From an uncultured delta proteobacterium (GTDB lineage Bacteria > Myxococcota_A > Polyangia > Polyangiales > Polyangiaceae): a stretch of 64,000 bases of DNA. Position numbers and translations under genes: made by a program. The notes below the pieces were generated by a model. That model did not search any database. It saw only the letters and a list, made by a program, of their open reading frames with translations, and had not been told where the DNA came from. The stretch covers positions 448,001-512,000 of the forward strand of contig CAVOKF010000004.1 of assembly GCA_963696385.1 (NCBI GenBank), written 5' to 3'. Shown in pieces: positions 19,519 through 29,999 of the stretch. How positions within the stretch are numbered: position 1 is the stretch's first letter; every line of letters begins with the position of its first letter.

Positions 19519-19947
19519 CTACGCCTGCCGCACGAGGTGAACGATGGGGATCACCCGCGTCGTCTTCTCCTGGTACTTTCCGAAATCCGGCATCTGCTGG
19601 GCGATGGCCGTCCAAAGCCGATCGCGCTCGGGCCCCTCCACGGTGACCGCGCGCGCTCGCCACTTGTCGGCGCCGAGCTGGACGCCAACCTCGGGATTGG
19701 CGCTCAAGTTCTTGTACCAAGCCGGGTGCTGCGGCGCGCCCGCCATCGACGCGATGACGAAGGTGTCGTCGCCGTCGAAGAACGGCACCACCGGCACGGT
19801 GCGCGGGTGGCCGGACTTGTTCCCGACCGTCGTGAGAAGCAGGATCTTCCTGCCCCGCATCGTGCTGCCGCGGCGGCCGCCGGACGACTGGTAGAGCCAC
19901 ACGTGACCTTTGACGAACAGTTTGAATAGAAGGTTCACGGCGTGCAT
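19519..19947 (-). CDS. Deazaflavin-dependent nitroreductase-like oxidoreductase (Ddn/FDOR-A)
   Basis: LLLTTVGNKSG..RTVP, AS.AG...HPAWYKNL.ANP, YQ.KT.R.IP. Confidence 0.88.
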   Translation of the reverse strand: MHAVNLLFKLFVKGHVWLYQSSGGRRGSTMRGRKILLLTTVGNKSGHPRTVPVVPFFDGDDTFVIASMAGAPQHPAWYKNLSANPEVGVQLGADKWRARAVTVEGPERDRLWTAIAQQMPDFGKYQEKTTRVIPIVHLVRQA

Positions 19948-20269
19948 CCTTGCAGCCCAGCGGCGCGGCGCCAATAGACACGGTCGCCAGCAAGGTCGCG
20001 GAAATGTCGACCGCGCCGGCTGGGGCCGTGCGGACCGCGCCCAAACGCCCATCGATACGGCGCTGCCGGAGCGAAGATGCCGCCGACCCCGCGCACCGCC
20101 TTCAGGCCCTGCGCAGAGGGTCGCCGGGCTGTTACGTCCGCGCGAGACCCGGTTGGCCGCGGCGCCGCGGCGCTCGCAGAACGCCGGTGCGCGGGTCCGT
20201 TCCGATACGCGAACGGGCCAGCGGTCTCATCCACGTGCCCACCCTACCGTACGAGGGCCGCGCCCTCCG

Positions 20270-21466
20270 TCACTGGCCGGGCTGGTGGATACGGATGAGG
20301 CTCTCTTCGGCAGGGACACCGAGCCGCAACGGAAAACCGTAATGACCGGTGCCCTTGTGGACGTACATGCGATCGGTGCCCCGTGCCCAAAAGCCGTGGT
20401 CTGGAATGCGGATGCCGAACAAGCGCAGCATCGTAAACGAGAGTCCGAGGCTCACGAGCCCCACTTGGCCGCCATGCGTGTGGCCCGCGAGCACGAGATC
20501 GCCGGTTCCTTCGGGAAGATGCCGGAACGCGCCCGGGTCGTGGAGCAATACGATCCGAAGGGCCGCGTTTTTGCGCGGATGGGCGGCCGAGACCGCTGCG
20601 AGATGGCCTTGCCGATCCCGCCAGACGAAGTTCATCCCCACGATCTGCACGAGGCCGACCTGAGTCTCGATCTCGGTCGAGGCATCGACGAGGAGCCGAA
20701 TGCCGTTTTCGCGGAGCGCGCGCTCGACTACGGCCGGCGCTTCGTGGTCGTGATTGCCAAGGCACGCGAAGACCCGCCCCTGGAGCGCCTTCAGCGGACG
20801 CAGCGCCTCGAGCAAGAGGTGGGGATCGTGCTGCGACTCCATCGTGAGAAAATCGCCCGTGAGGAACACCAAATCGGGCTGCGCTTCGACGGCTCGCGCG
20901 GCGATCGCGCGCAGTCGCGCCACGCTCATGAAAGGGCCGAGGTGGGGGTCCGTAATCTGCACGATCCTGAGCGGCCGCGCCTGCCGGTGCGTCCCTCGGG
21001 GATGAGGGCGGAGCCTCATCGCCGCTCGCGGGCCGGTCGGCCCGGCGATGACCAGGTCCACGTCCTCGCGTCGCGTCGATAGGGACTGAAACACGCCGAA
21101 TACGGCGAGCGCGTAGGGCAGCCACGGCACCCACGGATGGAGGCGCAAGGCGATGGCGATCGCCCAAGGCAGCGATAACAGCGTACCCCCGACCATGGCG
21201 GCCGAGGGCCAGCTCAGCAGGATCCGGAAGGGCAGGCTGCGCATACGTGGCCGCGACAGAAACACGAAGTTCGCGTATGCGGCGATGTGGAACGCCGTGA
21301 ACACCCAGAGCAGCGGGCCGGCGCGTGGTGCCATCGCCCAGGCGAGCAGCGAATAGGTCCCGCCGAGCACGCTCACGAAAATCGCGAACCTTCGCCCGCG
21401 ACGCACGAGCGCGGCGAGGACGACGATGGCGAAGGCCACGAGCGTGAGCAGCGGAAACCAGACCAT
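20270..21466 (-). CDS. Membrane-anchored metallophosphoesterase
   Basis: N-terminal TMs; DPHLG, TGD, GNHD, LLHDP, GHTHGGQ. Confidence 0.88.
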   Translation of the reverse strand: MVWFPLLTLVAFAIVVLAALVRRGRRFAIFVSVLGGTYSLLAWAMAPRAGPLLWVFTAFHIAAYANFVFLSRPRMRSLPFRILLSWPSAAMVGGTLLSLPWAIAIALRLHPWVPWLPYALAVFGVFQSLSTRREDVDLVIAGPTGPRAAMRLRPHPRGTHRQARPLRIVQITDPHLGPFMSVARLRAIAARAVEAQPDLVFLTGDFLTMESQHDPHLLLEALRPLKALQGRVFACLGNHDHEAPAVVERALRENGIRLLVDASTEIETQVGLVQIVGMNFVWRDRQGHLAAVSAAHPRKNAALRIVLLHDPGAFRHLPEGTGDLVLAGHTHGGQVGLVSLGLSFTMLRLFGIRIPDHGFWARGTDRMYVHKGTGHYGFPLRLGVPAEESLIRIHQPGQ

Positions 21467-21807
21467 GTGCGGTACCTATCCCAGGTTCGTTTGGCCGGAA
21501 GCGCGAAGCTGAGGGGAACGAGCGGCGACGTCGCTCTCGGACCTCGTCCGAAGATAAGCCCGCTGAAGAGCCGCTTCCGGAGCTCCTCTCGCTGACCGTG
21601 CTCGCATCGAGCAGTCATTTCCCACGCACCCGTGTCGAGCGCGAGTGTCTATCGGTCCGCCCATGGCATTTGTCGTCGCGGACCTCGACCCTTCGCGGCC
21701 GCGTGCCTGCCCCCCGCGCTCCTTCACTGGAAATCCCCGGCGCGATGGGCAGACGCACAGATCGGCGAAAGACGACGAAATCCGTCCGGTTCCCGCGACG
21801 ACGCGCC

Positions 21808-23259
21808 TTACTGCAGGTTCGCGACTTGGCTGCCAGCGAGAAGGAAGGCGCCCACGCCGTAGTCGTTGGTATCGGTGGCGGTTGCCGCCGCTGGGCCGCT
21901 TCCTGTCGGCTGAACATATTCCAGCATACCGGTCGAGTTCACGCTGGCGACGAGCCCATTCCACGCCTTCGTGACCACCGGGAGATACGTCGCAGGATCC
22001 AAGATACCGTTCTTGATGCCCCATGCGATGGCAAACGTCATGAGGCCGGTCCCGCTCGTTTCTGGGTTTGGGAATTCGCCCGCGTCGAGCAAGTTGGATC
22101 GCCAGAGACCGTCAGTGCCTTGCAGGGGAGCCACCGCACCGGCCATGTTCGTCAACAGCGTGGTAAGAGTGCCGTACAGGGAATCGGTCTGTGGCAGGTA
22201 CTCCAAAACCCGAACAGCCCCAGCCATCACCCAGCCGTTTCCGCGCGACCAGTACGTGTCCGAATGGACGAAGGTCGAATCCCGCCAAAAAAGCTGGTGC
22301 GCGGGATCGTAAAGCGCACTTTGAGTGGCCATCCATTCCGTGTCGAGAAAAGTGATGTACTTCGCATCGCCGGTGCCGGCGGCCGAGCCGAGGCGTGCGA
22401 CCAGGCCGGGCGCCATGAAGAGCGCGTCGGCCCACCACCAGGTATTCGCGAACGATGGCAGCGGAGTGGCATCTACGGCGCCAAAGCTCGCTTCGCAACT
22501 TGTCACGTCGCTCGCATTGGCCGTAGGATTGAGAAGATACAAATCGGCGTACACCTGCCCGGGGCTCCACGAGTTGTAGTCCGGCGCCGTGGCAGACACG
22601 GTGATCGCGTACTGGTTTCTGTTCGCCCAGGTCGTCGCATCCGTCAAATACTGCGAATCTTGCGTCGCATGGTAGGCCTCCATGACGCCGATGTAAAAGG
22701 TGCCTTCGGTCCACTGATCCGTCCAGGTCGGATTGGACGGCCCCACGCCGACTTGGTAGGTCTCCGCCTTCTTCATGATGGAAAAGATGGCGGTCTGGTC
22801 GAGGGCGCCAGACGAGGAGGCTGAGAAGCCCCCAGACGAGCTCCCGCTCGACGTTCCGAAGGAGGAACCATCAGACGACGAGCTTGCCGAGCTCCCCGAG
22901 GCCCATTGGACGCTGGAGGACGAGGCGCTCCCCAAAGACGACGAGCCACTCAGCGAACTCGGCGACCCAGCGCCGGACGAGGGCGACCCGCTTCCGGAGG
23001 AGGCACCCCAAGACGAGGCGCTGCTCGCGCTCGAAAAGGAGGTGGCCCCGGAAAACGACCCGGCGCTCGTGCCCGAGGAGGACGGCGCTCCACTCGAGCT
23101 CGACGGCGACCCGGCGTTCGACTCGGAGGAGATAGAGTCTTCTCCCGAGGTCGACGTACGAGGCTGACTTTGAGTCGAGTCAGGGCACCCGACCGCAAGG
23201 CTGCCGATCCAAACGCTCGCCAACAACAGGCGGACATCGAGTCGTCGCGAAATAACCAT
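21808..23259 (-). CDS. GH105/GH88 unsaturated rhamnogalacturonyl hydrolase lipoprotein with Ser-rich linker
   Basis: Lipobox AVGC; WWWADALFM, YWSRGNGW, ETSGT, YGVGAFLLAG. Confidence 0.85.
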   Translation of the reverse strand: MVISRRLDVRLLLASVWIGSLAVGCPDSTQSQPRTSTSGEDSISSESNAGSPSSSSGAPSSSGTSAGSFSGATSFSSASSASSWGASSGSGSPSSGAGSPSSLSGSSSLGSASSSSVQWASGSSASSSSDGSSFGTSSGSSSGGFSASSSGALDQTAIFSIMKKAETYQVGVGPSNPTWTDQWTEGTFYIGVMEAYHATQDSQYLTDATTWANRNQYAITVSATAPDYNSWSPGQVYADLYLLNPTANASDVTSCEASFGAVDATPLPSFANTWWWADALFMAPGLVARLGSAAGTGDAKYITFLDTEWMATQSALYDPAHQLFWRDSTFVHSDTYWSRGNGWVMAGAVRVLEYLPQTDSLYGTLTTLLTNMAGAVAPLQGTDGLWRSNLLDAGEFPNPETSGTGLMTFAIAWGIKNGILDPATYLPVVTKAWNGLVASVNSTGMLEYVQPTGSGPAAATATDTNDYGVGAFLLAGSQVANLQ

Positions 23260-23280
23260 GGGCCGTCCCGGATGTGCGCT

Positions 23281-25719
23281 TCAGTTGGCTTCGAGGCGCA
23301 GATAGTCCCATTCGAGGGCCGCGCCGGAGCCGGTGATGGTAAGCGTGTTCGCGCCGGCCTTGAGGGCGCTCGCGCTGAACACGATCTGTCCGTCCCAGAA
23401 GTAGCCGTGACTGCCCAGCCGGGTGACCGCGTCGCTCGGATTCTGTGGCGAGAGGGTGCCGACCGGCGAACCGTTAACGGCCACCGACAGGCTGCCTCCT
23501 TCATTCGCGGCCAGGGCCACGTACAGGCGCGCCTGACCCGTCGGGGCGCTCGCCACGTTAAAGTTCACGGTCCAGGGCGACGTGTCCATGTACGAGTAGT
23601 TCCAGACCTGGGCATAGTCGTCTGTGCCCACTGTGTACACCACGCCGTTGCCAAAGTTCTTCGCATAGGTCTCAAACGAGGTGGCCCAATCGGTGTAGTT
23701 GATGGCGCCATTGAGAAATTCGTGCGAGTCGCGATCGGGCACGCCGATCTCCCAAACGGTTGTCGCCGTGCGCGGCGGCGTAATGGTCACGGTGCCGAGA
23801 TTCTGCGTTTGCCCTGCGGTGACGGTGATGCTGGCAGTCGGTGTCGTGAACGGGGTCAAAATGCTCGAGTTGGGAATGTTGCCGGCAGCGGTGGTGAAGG
23901 TGCCGGCTGCACCCCGCCCGAATGCCCACAGAGCGTACGTGCCCGGAATGACGTGCGGAATCGTGAAAGACCCATCGCATCCGGTCTTGACCCAGTACTG
24001 ATAGGTGAAAAACTGGGCTTGGGGATCCAGGCCGTCGTCCGGGGCCAAGCCAATCCACATGTCCCCGGGCGACGCGTCGGGGGCACCCGTATCGCCAATC
24101 GTGAGCGCGCCGGTCACCGTGGCACGCCCCGACTCTGACACATAGTTGCCGTCGCCGCCCGCCGGATTCACGAACCAGGAGTAAGGCCACGCAGCCTGTT
24201 CGGCCTTGGCCTGGGCGATGGCGTCAGCAAAAAGCACGCTATTGGCGTTGGCCGTCCCCGCCGGAACACTGTTGTTGTAGTAGAAAAACGGACCGTAGAC
24301 TTTGCTGAGCTGCGTGCCTGCCGGGATGAGCTCGGAAACCTCGTTCTGCGTGTAGTGGCTGCCGCCAAGCATGTTGAGCAGGTCCGGGCCGTTCAACATG
24401 CTCCCCATGAGCTCACGCTTCTTGGGGCCCCCATTGTAATATTCGTTGCTGCCGAGGGCGATGAACATCCCGATGTTCATCGTGCTGGAGCTCCATCCCC
24501 AAGCATCGGTGTCGCCGACGTCTGCGGTCCAGCTGTACTTGCAAACGTAGACGCCGTCCGGTGCCTGCTCCACCTCCTTGGGGGCGCCCGAGACCGCCGT
24601 GCCGTTGACCCAGTCGGTCTCGGTGGTATCCAACCACCCCGTCGCGCCCCCCGTACTGTCCGCCCCGTTGCGCAGGGCATCGAGGCTATTCCAGTCAAAG
24701 ATGGCCCCGTTGTAGACGTTGGATCGCCACTCGCCGCCGTTGGTGGCCGCGTACGCCGCCGCGTGGGTAAGGATGCCTGTAGCGTAAAAACCGCTGCTGC
24801 CGCGCAGCATCGCGTAGTCGATGTCCACGTCCAGGTTGTTGGTGCTGCCCGTTGTGTGAACACGGACCTCCGCCAGGTCCCCGCCGTTGGTCGTGGGATC
24901 GGCAGTCACTGTGCAGGTCCCGTTGCCCGCTTCCAGCTCCCAATAAACCATTCCACCTTCATCGCCTCCGGCGAGCACGTTCGTCCCTGTATAGGTCCAG
25001 GTGCCGATCGTCCCGTCCGCGCAGGTGACGACGATGGACACGATCCCGTTCGACAGCGTGTACGTGCCGTTGCCTTGGGTCGCCGTGACATTAGCTCCGC
25101 CCGGGGTGATCGCCCCGGCCACGTGCGTGCTCGTGGCAGGGCAGGCCGTCTGATACATGCCCGGGTAATCCGTTCCTTGTGCGATGAGCGAACAGGCTCC
25201 CGCGTCGCCCGCCGGCGCGCAGCCGCCCGAGCTGCTCGACGTGCCGCCCGAACTCGTCCCGCTGGAGCTAGAGGAGCTGGAGGCGGAGACTCCCGAGTTG
25301 GAGGAGCCAGAGCCGAAAGAGCTTGAGGCGGAAGAGCCAGAGGTGGGCACTCCCGAGCTGGAGGAGCCAGAGCCGGATGAGCCTGAGGCGGAAGAGCCTG
25401 AAATGGGCACTCCCGAGCTGGAGGAGCCAGAGTCAGAGAAGCCGGAGGCGGGGGCTCCCGAGCTGGAGGAGCCAGAGCCGGAAGAGCCGGAGGTAGAAAT
25501 GTCTGAGCTGGAGGAGCCGGACCCCATGCTCGACGACGACGCGCCGCCCGGGCTCTCGGCGTCGTTCGTTCCGCACCCTTGCGAAGTCACGGCCAAGAGA
25601 GTCCACAAAACCGTGGTGGGCAGGACGCAATGCGTCCGGGCCCGAGGTGAGCCTTCAGCGCGGGTGCAGCGCGCGCCCTCGTGTCGACGCAGAGCGTCAG
25701 TCGTCGTCGGCTTAGGCAT
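23281..25719 (-). CDS. Polysaccharide lyase family 4 (rhamnogalacturonan endolyase) lipoprotein
   Basis: SQGC lipobox; MLRGSSGFY, CKY, EYYNGGPKKREL, SHY, KVYGPF, WPYSW, YQYW, WEIG.PDR, DYLRLE. Confidence 0.85.
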   Translation of the reverse strand: MPKPTTTDALRRHEGARCTRAEGSPRARTHCVLPTTVLWTLLAVTSQGCGTNDAESPGGASSSSMGSGSSSSDISTSGSSGSGSSSSGAPASGFSDSGSSSSGVPISGSSASGSSGSGSSSSGVPTSGSSASSSFGSGSSNSGVSASSSSSSSGTSSGGTSSSSGGCAPAGDAGACSLIAQGTDYPGMYQTACPATSTHVAGAITPGGANVTATQGNGTYTLSNGIVSIVVTCADGTIGTWTYTGTNVLAGGDEGGMVYWELEAGNGTCTVTADPTTNGGDLAEVRVHTTGSTNNLDVDIDYAMLRGSSGFYATGILTHAAAYAATNGGEWRSNVYNGAIFDWNSLDALRNGADSTGGATGWLDTTETDWVNGTAVSGAPKEVEQAPDGVYVCKYSWTADVGDTDAWGWSSSTMNIGMFIALGSNEYYNGGPKKRELMGSMLNGPDLLNMLGGSHYTQNEVSELIPAGTQLSKVYGPFFYYNNSVPAGTANANSVLFADAIAQAKAEQAAWPYSWFVNPAGGDGNYVSESGRATVTGALTIGDTGAPDASPGDMWIGLAPDDGLDPQAQFFTYQYWVKTGCDGSFTIPHVIPGTYALWAFGRGAAGTFTTAAGNIPNSSILTPFTTPTASITVTAGQTQNLGTVTITPPRTATTVWEIGVPDRDSHEFLNGAINYTDWATSFETYAKNFGNGVVYTVGTDDYAQVWNYSYMDTSPWTVNFNVASAPTGQARLYVALAANEGGSLSVAVNGSPVGTLSPQNPSDAVTRLGSHGYFWDGQIVFSASALKAGANTLTITGSGAALEWDYLRLEAN
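25250..25535. repeat. Imperfect 30/60-bp tandem repeats encoding the Ser/Gly linker of the PL4 enzyme
   Basis: Recurring ctcccgagctggaggagccagagcc; protein GSSSSG(V/A)P.SGSS. Confidence 0.8.
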
Positions 25720-25970
25720 GCTCGTTTCAACGCTCCCACACGATTGTAAGTCTGGGCATTAATGCCTGGGCGAGACAAATCGATCCGCCTTCTTTTCGAG
25801 CGGCAGAGGTGGTTCGAGTGTTAAGCGGTGCGCTGGAAGCGGACATTCGTACCGCTATGGGTGATGTGTGCAGCTCGATGGATCTTCCGACCTTCTGAGT
25901 CTTTGTCGGCAGCGAATGGCCGACAGCCATGCGGTACGCTCGTCGGTCCCGTGCTCGGCCGCTCCTGCGA

Positions 25971-26531
25971 TCACGACGTCGTCCATCCGACGCAGGCGCC
26001 GTTCTCGATCTGGATCTGCAAGCCGTAGACGTGCGCCCCCATTCGCCGATATTTCCATGTCTCCTGTGCTTTGGTTTTGTAGACATGGGTCGACACCCCA
26101 TCCGGCTCGCCGAACATCTCGCGGATCATGTCGGCGGTGTCACCCTGCCGCAATTGCTTGGACACGATGCGATTCGCGGCCACCTCGCCGAACCGCTCCC
26201 TGAGATCCCGAACGTATTCGGCTTGCCATGATGCACGCTGGCGCAATACCTTTCTGGTACGCGTAAGCGCGACGTTACGCTTCCCTATCGCGACGATGGT
26301 GGTCACGAGGGCCCCGACGACGAAGGACCCGATAAGGACGCCGGGGCCAAACCGGTTTGCGATCCGCAGGGCCAGTTGGAGCGCGAGCACGACGAGAAAG
26401 ATCTTGCCGATCGCGGGGCCACATCCGCTCGCGTTCGCCGAAGGTCTCGAGATCTCCATTGCGGCTCGGCAGTACGGACATCTCAGGCCGCCGTCGTTCC
26501 GCTCAGACCGGCGGATGCTCTCGATTCGCAT
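25971..26531 (-). CDS. Hypothetical membrane protein (CxxC, 2 TM, C-terminal SmpA/BamE-like motif)
   Basis: CPYC; two hydrophobic segments; GDTADMIREMFGEPD...ETWKY. Confidence 0.5.
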   Translation of the reverse strand: MRIESIRRSERNDGGLRCPYCRAAMEISRPSANASGCGPAIGKIFLVVLALQLALRIANRFGPGVLIGSFVVGALVTTIVAIGKRNVALTRTRKVLRQRASWQAEYVRDLRERFGEVAANRIVSKQLRQGDTADMIREMFGEPDGVSTHVYKTKAQETWKYRRMGAHVYGLQIQIENGACVGWTTS

Positions 26532-26822
26532 TCCCCTCTATCGGCCGGCGCATGGGAAAGTTACCGGGTACCGACGGTCGCTCGGCGCCCGCCCGCTACC
26601 GACGGCTGTCGGCTCTGCCGGCAAAACCTCGCGAGGCCGGCGCTGCCCGATGCCGACCTTCGGTCGCCTCTGCCGCCAAAGCCGCGCGAGGCCGACGCCT
26701 GCCGGATGCGGCCGTTCGGTCGGCTTTGGCGAGCCGGCTGCGCCAAGTGGGTTGTGCAACGCTCGACGACCGCACACTCCGGAAAGAGCCTGCCGGCGAC
26801 GGGACGTCGCGGCGGCGTCTAG

Positions 26823-27592
26823 CCCTACTTTCGCATTCGGGCGGCGAAACAGGTTACGCCGCCTCGTGAATTGCAGCCCGTTTGCGACGTGACGGCATAG
26901 TGGAAAGAAGTGAAGGCATCCAACGTCCAAGCTCGAAGACTTCGATCGCCTGCTTTTGCCACGGGGTAATGTCGGGCGGGAGCAGCCAGGTCGGGCGACG
27001 GCCCATTCCCCCGCCAGTGGCTCTCACCTGCGTTGCCTCAATCTCTGCGAGAGTCTTCATCATCGCTCGCGCTGACTTCGTCGTGCCCATCGCGATCCGG
27101 GCAAGGCTAACGAGCGTCAGGCCGAGCACGGTCGCAAACGTGTGCAGGCGCAGGGAGGTGTCGGCCCATTGGTGCGAGGGTCCCACGGCAACCGCGAGCA
27201 CCATTTCACCAAGGCTCACGCTCTTCGCTCCTCCACTCCAGCCGCACGCACGATTGAGCGTGCCGACGACGTCTAACTGCTCCGCCACCCAGACCAGAGC
27301 CCCAACGTCGCCGATAGGACGTCGGCCCACCGTCCGCAGCTGTGCGAGCTTCACGCTCACGGGCATCTCCGCCGGTCCAAGGATGGCCTGCCGAGAATAC
27401 GACTGCCCGGCGGCTGCGTCCCAGACCGCTTGCGCAGCGATGCGGTAACGGTTGCCATTGACGAGCTTCTCCGTGAAGTGCATTTCTTTCCACTATCCCG
27501 TGTCGCCAGCGATGGAAAGAGAAAACGCCGCAAACGTAAGCCTCCCGTGACGGCAATGCCTCGCTCCGCGTCGCGATTTTGCGAAAGTAGGG
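26823..27592 (-). mobile_element. Internally deleted IS1634-like element with intact TIRs
   Basis: CCCTACTTTCGCA (26823) and TGCGAAAGTAGGG (to 27592), each flanked by CTAG; contains a transposase remnant. Confidence 0.8.
26854..27483 (-). pseudogene. IS1634-like transposase with the catalytic core deleted in frame
   Basis: N-terminal K.VNG.RY...Q.ILG...GDVGAL joined directly to C-terminal P.HQW.D..LRLH.F..VLGL; only 209 aa. Confidence 0.7.
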
Positions 27593-28993
27593 CTAGAACT
27601 GTCCGACGAGCCCGGTGAACCCCGGTGACACCACCGGAAGCACTCGGACCCAGGTCGGTGAGGCCCATCCGGACTCGGATGGCTGCCGCTGCGTCGAAGC
27701 AGTCTCGCGGGTCGCCTGGTGCAGAAGGGCGCGATTGTACTTGGCGGCGTAGCGCTCGGCGTCAGCCTTGCCGAGGACGTGATCCGCCTTCGAACCGTCG
27801 TACCCGAGAATGCCAAAGGTGACGAAACTGACGAGCCCGGAAGCGAGAATCGCCCCACCCGTGATACCAAGGCCCTTGCCAAGACCTGGATTGGTCGGCG
27901 AAGCACACTGCAATTCGTACCCGGTGCCCGAAACAAACATCAGGCTGGAATAATTGCAGTGTGGCACCGTCCCGCGCGCGGGGGCCATCATGGCAAATAC
28001 TTGGGTGCTCTGAGGCGTCGCCAGGGCGAGATAGGCGCCGATGCCGATGAGCGACGCCCCCACAGCGCTGGCGGCGATTCCGTAATCCAGCCAGATCGGG
28101 TTCCGGTTCTTCTTCGCTCCCCGTAGCTCCGTCGATCCGGTCAGGGTTTCATAGCGACGGACAAACTCGTTCTCCGAGATCTCGCCTGGGCCGTCCCTGA
28201 ACACGTAGGCAAACTCGGCGGGCGAGCGGTTGTTCGCCACGACCTGGATCTTCTGCGCGTCGAAGCGATCCTTCGCGGGCCCGGTGAGGTCGTGCTCCGT
28301 CAGGTCGACCCTCGCGGCAGCCCGGTCGCCAAGTACGCTGAGGGACTTCGCCTGGACCCCGTCGGCGATCGTCACGAGTGCGGCGACATAGCCGTAGACG
28401 TAGCGCTTTTGCAGGATCCTCCCCTTGAGAAACCCTCGCGCCGCCTCCGTGAACGGCAGGTCGACGCTCCCTTCGCCGCTACTTTCCACGGCGCTCGCGT
28501 ATACCCCCTGGCCGTAGGCGAGCGCCGAGACGAACCCGTAGCCGCACGTCCCCTTGCCCTTGCAGCAGGCGAGGTATTCGGGCGTAGCCGCCCGCGTCAC
28601 CTGCTTCTCGAGGTCGACCTTGTAATAGAAGTGCGTCGCCGCCTCGGCGTCCTCTTCGAGGCCGAACGTCCGGAGGGCTGCGCGGGCCTTGCCGCCGGGG
28701 GCAAGCTCCTCGGTGTCCTCGAACGTTCGGACAACCGGTTGCTCGGTTTTCTCTCCGAGCTTGTCGCCGCATTCATTCGGACGCAACACCTCTTCGAGCG
28801 AGCGCCCGTTCTCGGGGGTGTCGATGAGGACGCGTCCCAGGAGAGCGTCGTCATCGACCGAGCGCGGAATGAGGATGCTCGAGGGACCGAGGGCGGACGA
28901 AGCGACGGGCGCGAGGGGATGAAAGGGCACCACGTCGCCGCAGGCCATTACGAAGGGCAGAGGGGCGAGGATCGCCCAACCTTGCGCGCGCAT
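27593..28993 (-). CDS. Hypothetical lipoprotein with C-terminal TM segments
   Basis: Lipobox VMAC; myxobacterial-style C-terminus (VLPVVSPGFTGLVGQF); its stop codon lies in the IS target CTAG. Confidence 0.65.
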   Translation of the reverse strand: MRAQGWAILAPLPFVMACGDVVPFHPLAPVASSALGPSSILIPRSVDDDALLGRVLIDTPENGRSLEEVLRPNECGDKLGEKTEQPVVRTFEDTEELAPGGKARAALRTFGLEEDAEAATHFYYKVDLEKQVTRAATPEYLACCKGKGTCGYGFVSALAYGQGVYASAVESSGEGSVDLPFTEAARGFLKGRILQKRYVYGYVAALVTIADGVQAKSLSVLGDRAAARVDLTEHDLTGPAKDRFDAQKIQVVANNRSPAEFAYVFRDGPGEISENEFVRRYETLTGSTELRGAKKNRNPIWLDYGIAASAVGASLIGIGAYLALATPQSTQVFAMMAPARGTVPHCNYSSLMFVSGTGYELQCASPTNPGLGKGLGITGGAILASGLVSFVTFGILGYDGSKADHVLGKADAERYAAKYNRALLHQATRETASTQRQPSESGWASPTWVRVLPVVSPGFTGLVGQF

Positions 28994-29356
28994 CGGTCTG
29001 CCGACGCTTTACACGAGCGCGTGCTCGTCGGCAAATGCCACAGCCTTTGGCTGTAGGTCCGGCGACAAGCGCCATCCCGACTAATTTAGGGTCTTGATGA
29101 ACAATTGGGGGGGCAACGTACCGGACGCCGCTCCCATGGGCCGCGTCATGCAATGTCAAAAGGTCGACTGTGCCGGTGGTTATTTTTGCATCCGGTCGCA
29201 ACGTGGATGTGGCGAGGTGGTCAAGGCAAGGTGGCTCAAAGCCATACCGGACGGCCCGTTGCTCACCGACGGCCGCAATCCGCTGGCACGCCTCCAGATT
29301 CCCGTCGCAGAGGACCGCTTGCGGCCATGCGCAAGGCGAAGAAGGAGCTGGCGAAG

Positions 29357-29944
29357 CTAGAGAAGCGTGCCGCTGGGGGCCGCATCACCATGGCGAAAGG
29401 TTTGCCATTCGTCCACGTTGAGCCGGTAGACGACGTGCCGTCGGCGAGGATCGCCTTCGGGCACACGAGGATGCTCGAACGTCTCGGCAGGTGAGAAGAC
29501 CATCCCGAGGCGGTCCATGACCCGACGGGAGCGCACGTTGTCGGGCGTGGTAACGCCGATGATCTCGCGGAGGCCAACACGCTCGAAGCCATCGCGCACG
29601 GCGGCGCCAGCGGCCTCGCTCGCGTACCCCTGACCCCAGCAATCGAACACGAGCCGCCAAGCGATTTCGACCCCGGACACGATCCCTGCATCGAGATCCG
29701 CCCGCGACAGCCCCACGACCCCGACGAAGGCGCAGTCGCGCGAAACGAGAAAGCGACCGTAGCCGTGGCTCTGCCAGTGAACGACGAGTCGCTCAAGCCA
29801 CCCCTGCGTCGCCTCGCGCAACATGGCGCCGCCGAGATCATTCATTACGCGAGGGTCGGCCCCGAGGGCGGCTAGGAGTTGTAGATCCTCCATACAGACC
29901 GGGCGGAGACGAAGGCGAGGCGTTGCGAGCTCCACGAATTGCAC
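29357..29944 (-). CDS. GNAT acetyltransferase, RimJ/RimL family
   Basis: TPRLRLRP, EIAWRL...WGQGYASEAA, N.RSRRVMDRLGM. Confidence 0.85.
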   Translation of the reverse strand: MQFVELATPRLRLRPVCMEDLQLLAALGADPRVMNDLGGAMLREATQGWLERLVVHWQSHGYGRFLVSRDCAFVGVVGLSRADLDAGIVSGVEIAWRLVFDCWGQGYASEAAGAAVRDGFERVGLREIIGVTTPDNVRSRRVMDRLGMVFSPAETFEHPRVPEGDPRRRHVVYRLNVDEWQTFRHGDAAPSGTLL

Positions 29945-29999
29945 GTTCGGGCCATGCTCTTGCTAACCGGGCGCTGCGGATTCTATCGGACGACCCCTT

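Noticed and set aside
25184..25762. Glu/Pro-rich repeat ORF on the + strand (PELEEPEP)n
   Set aside because: Antisense shadow of the Ser/Gly linker of the PL4 gene; same for 22775-23167 opposite GH105
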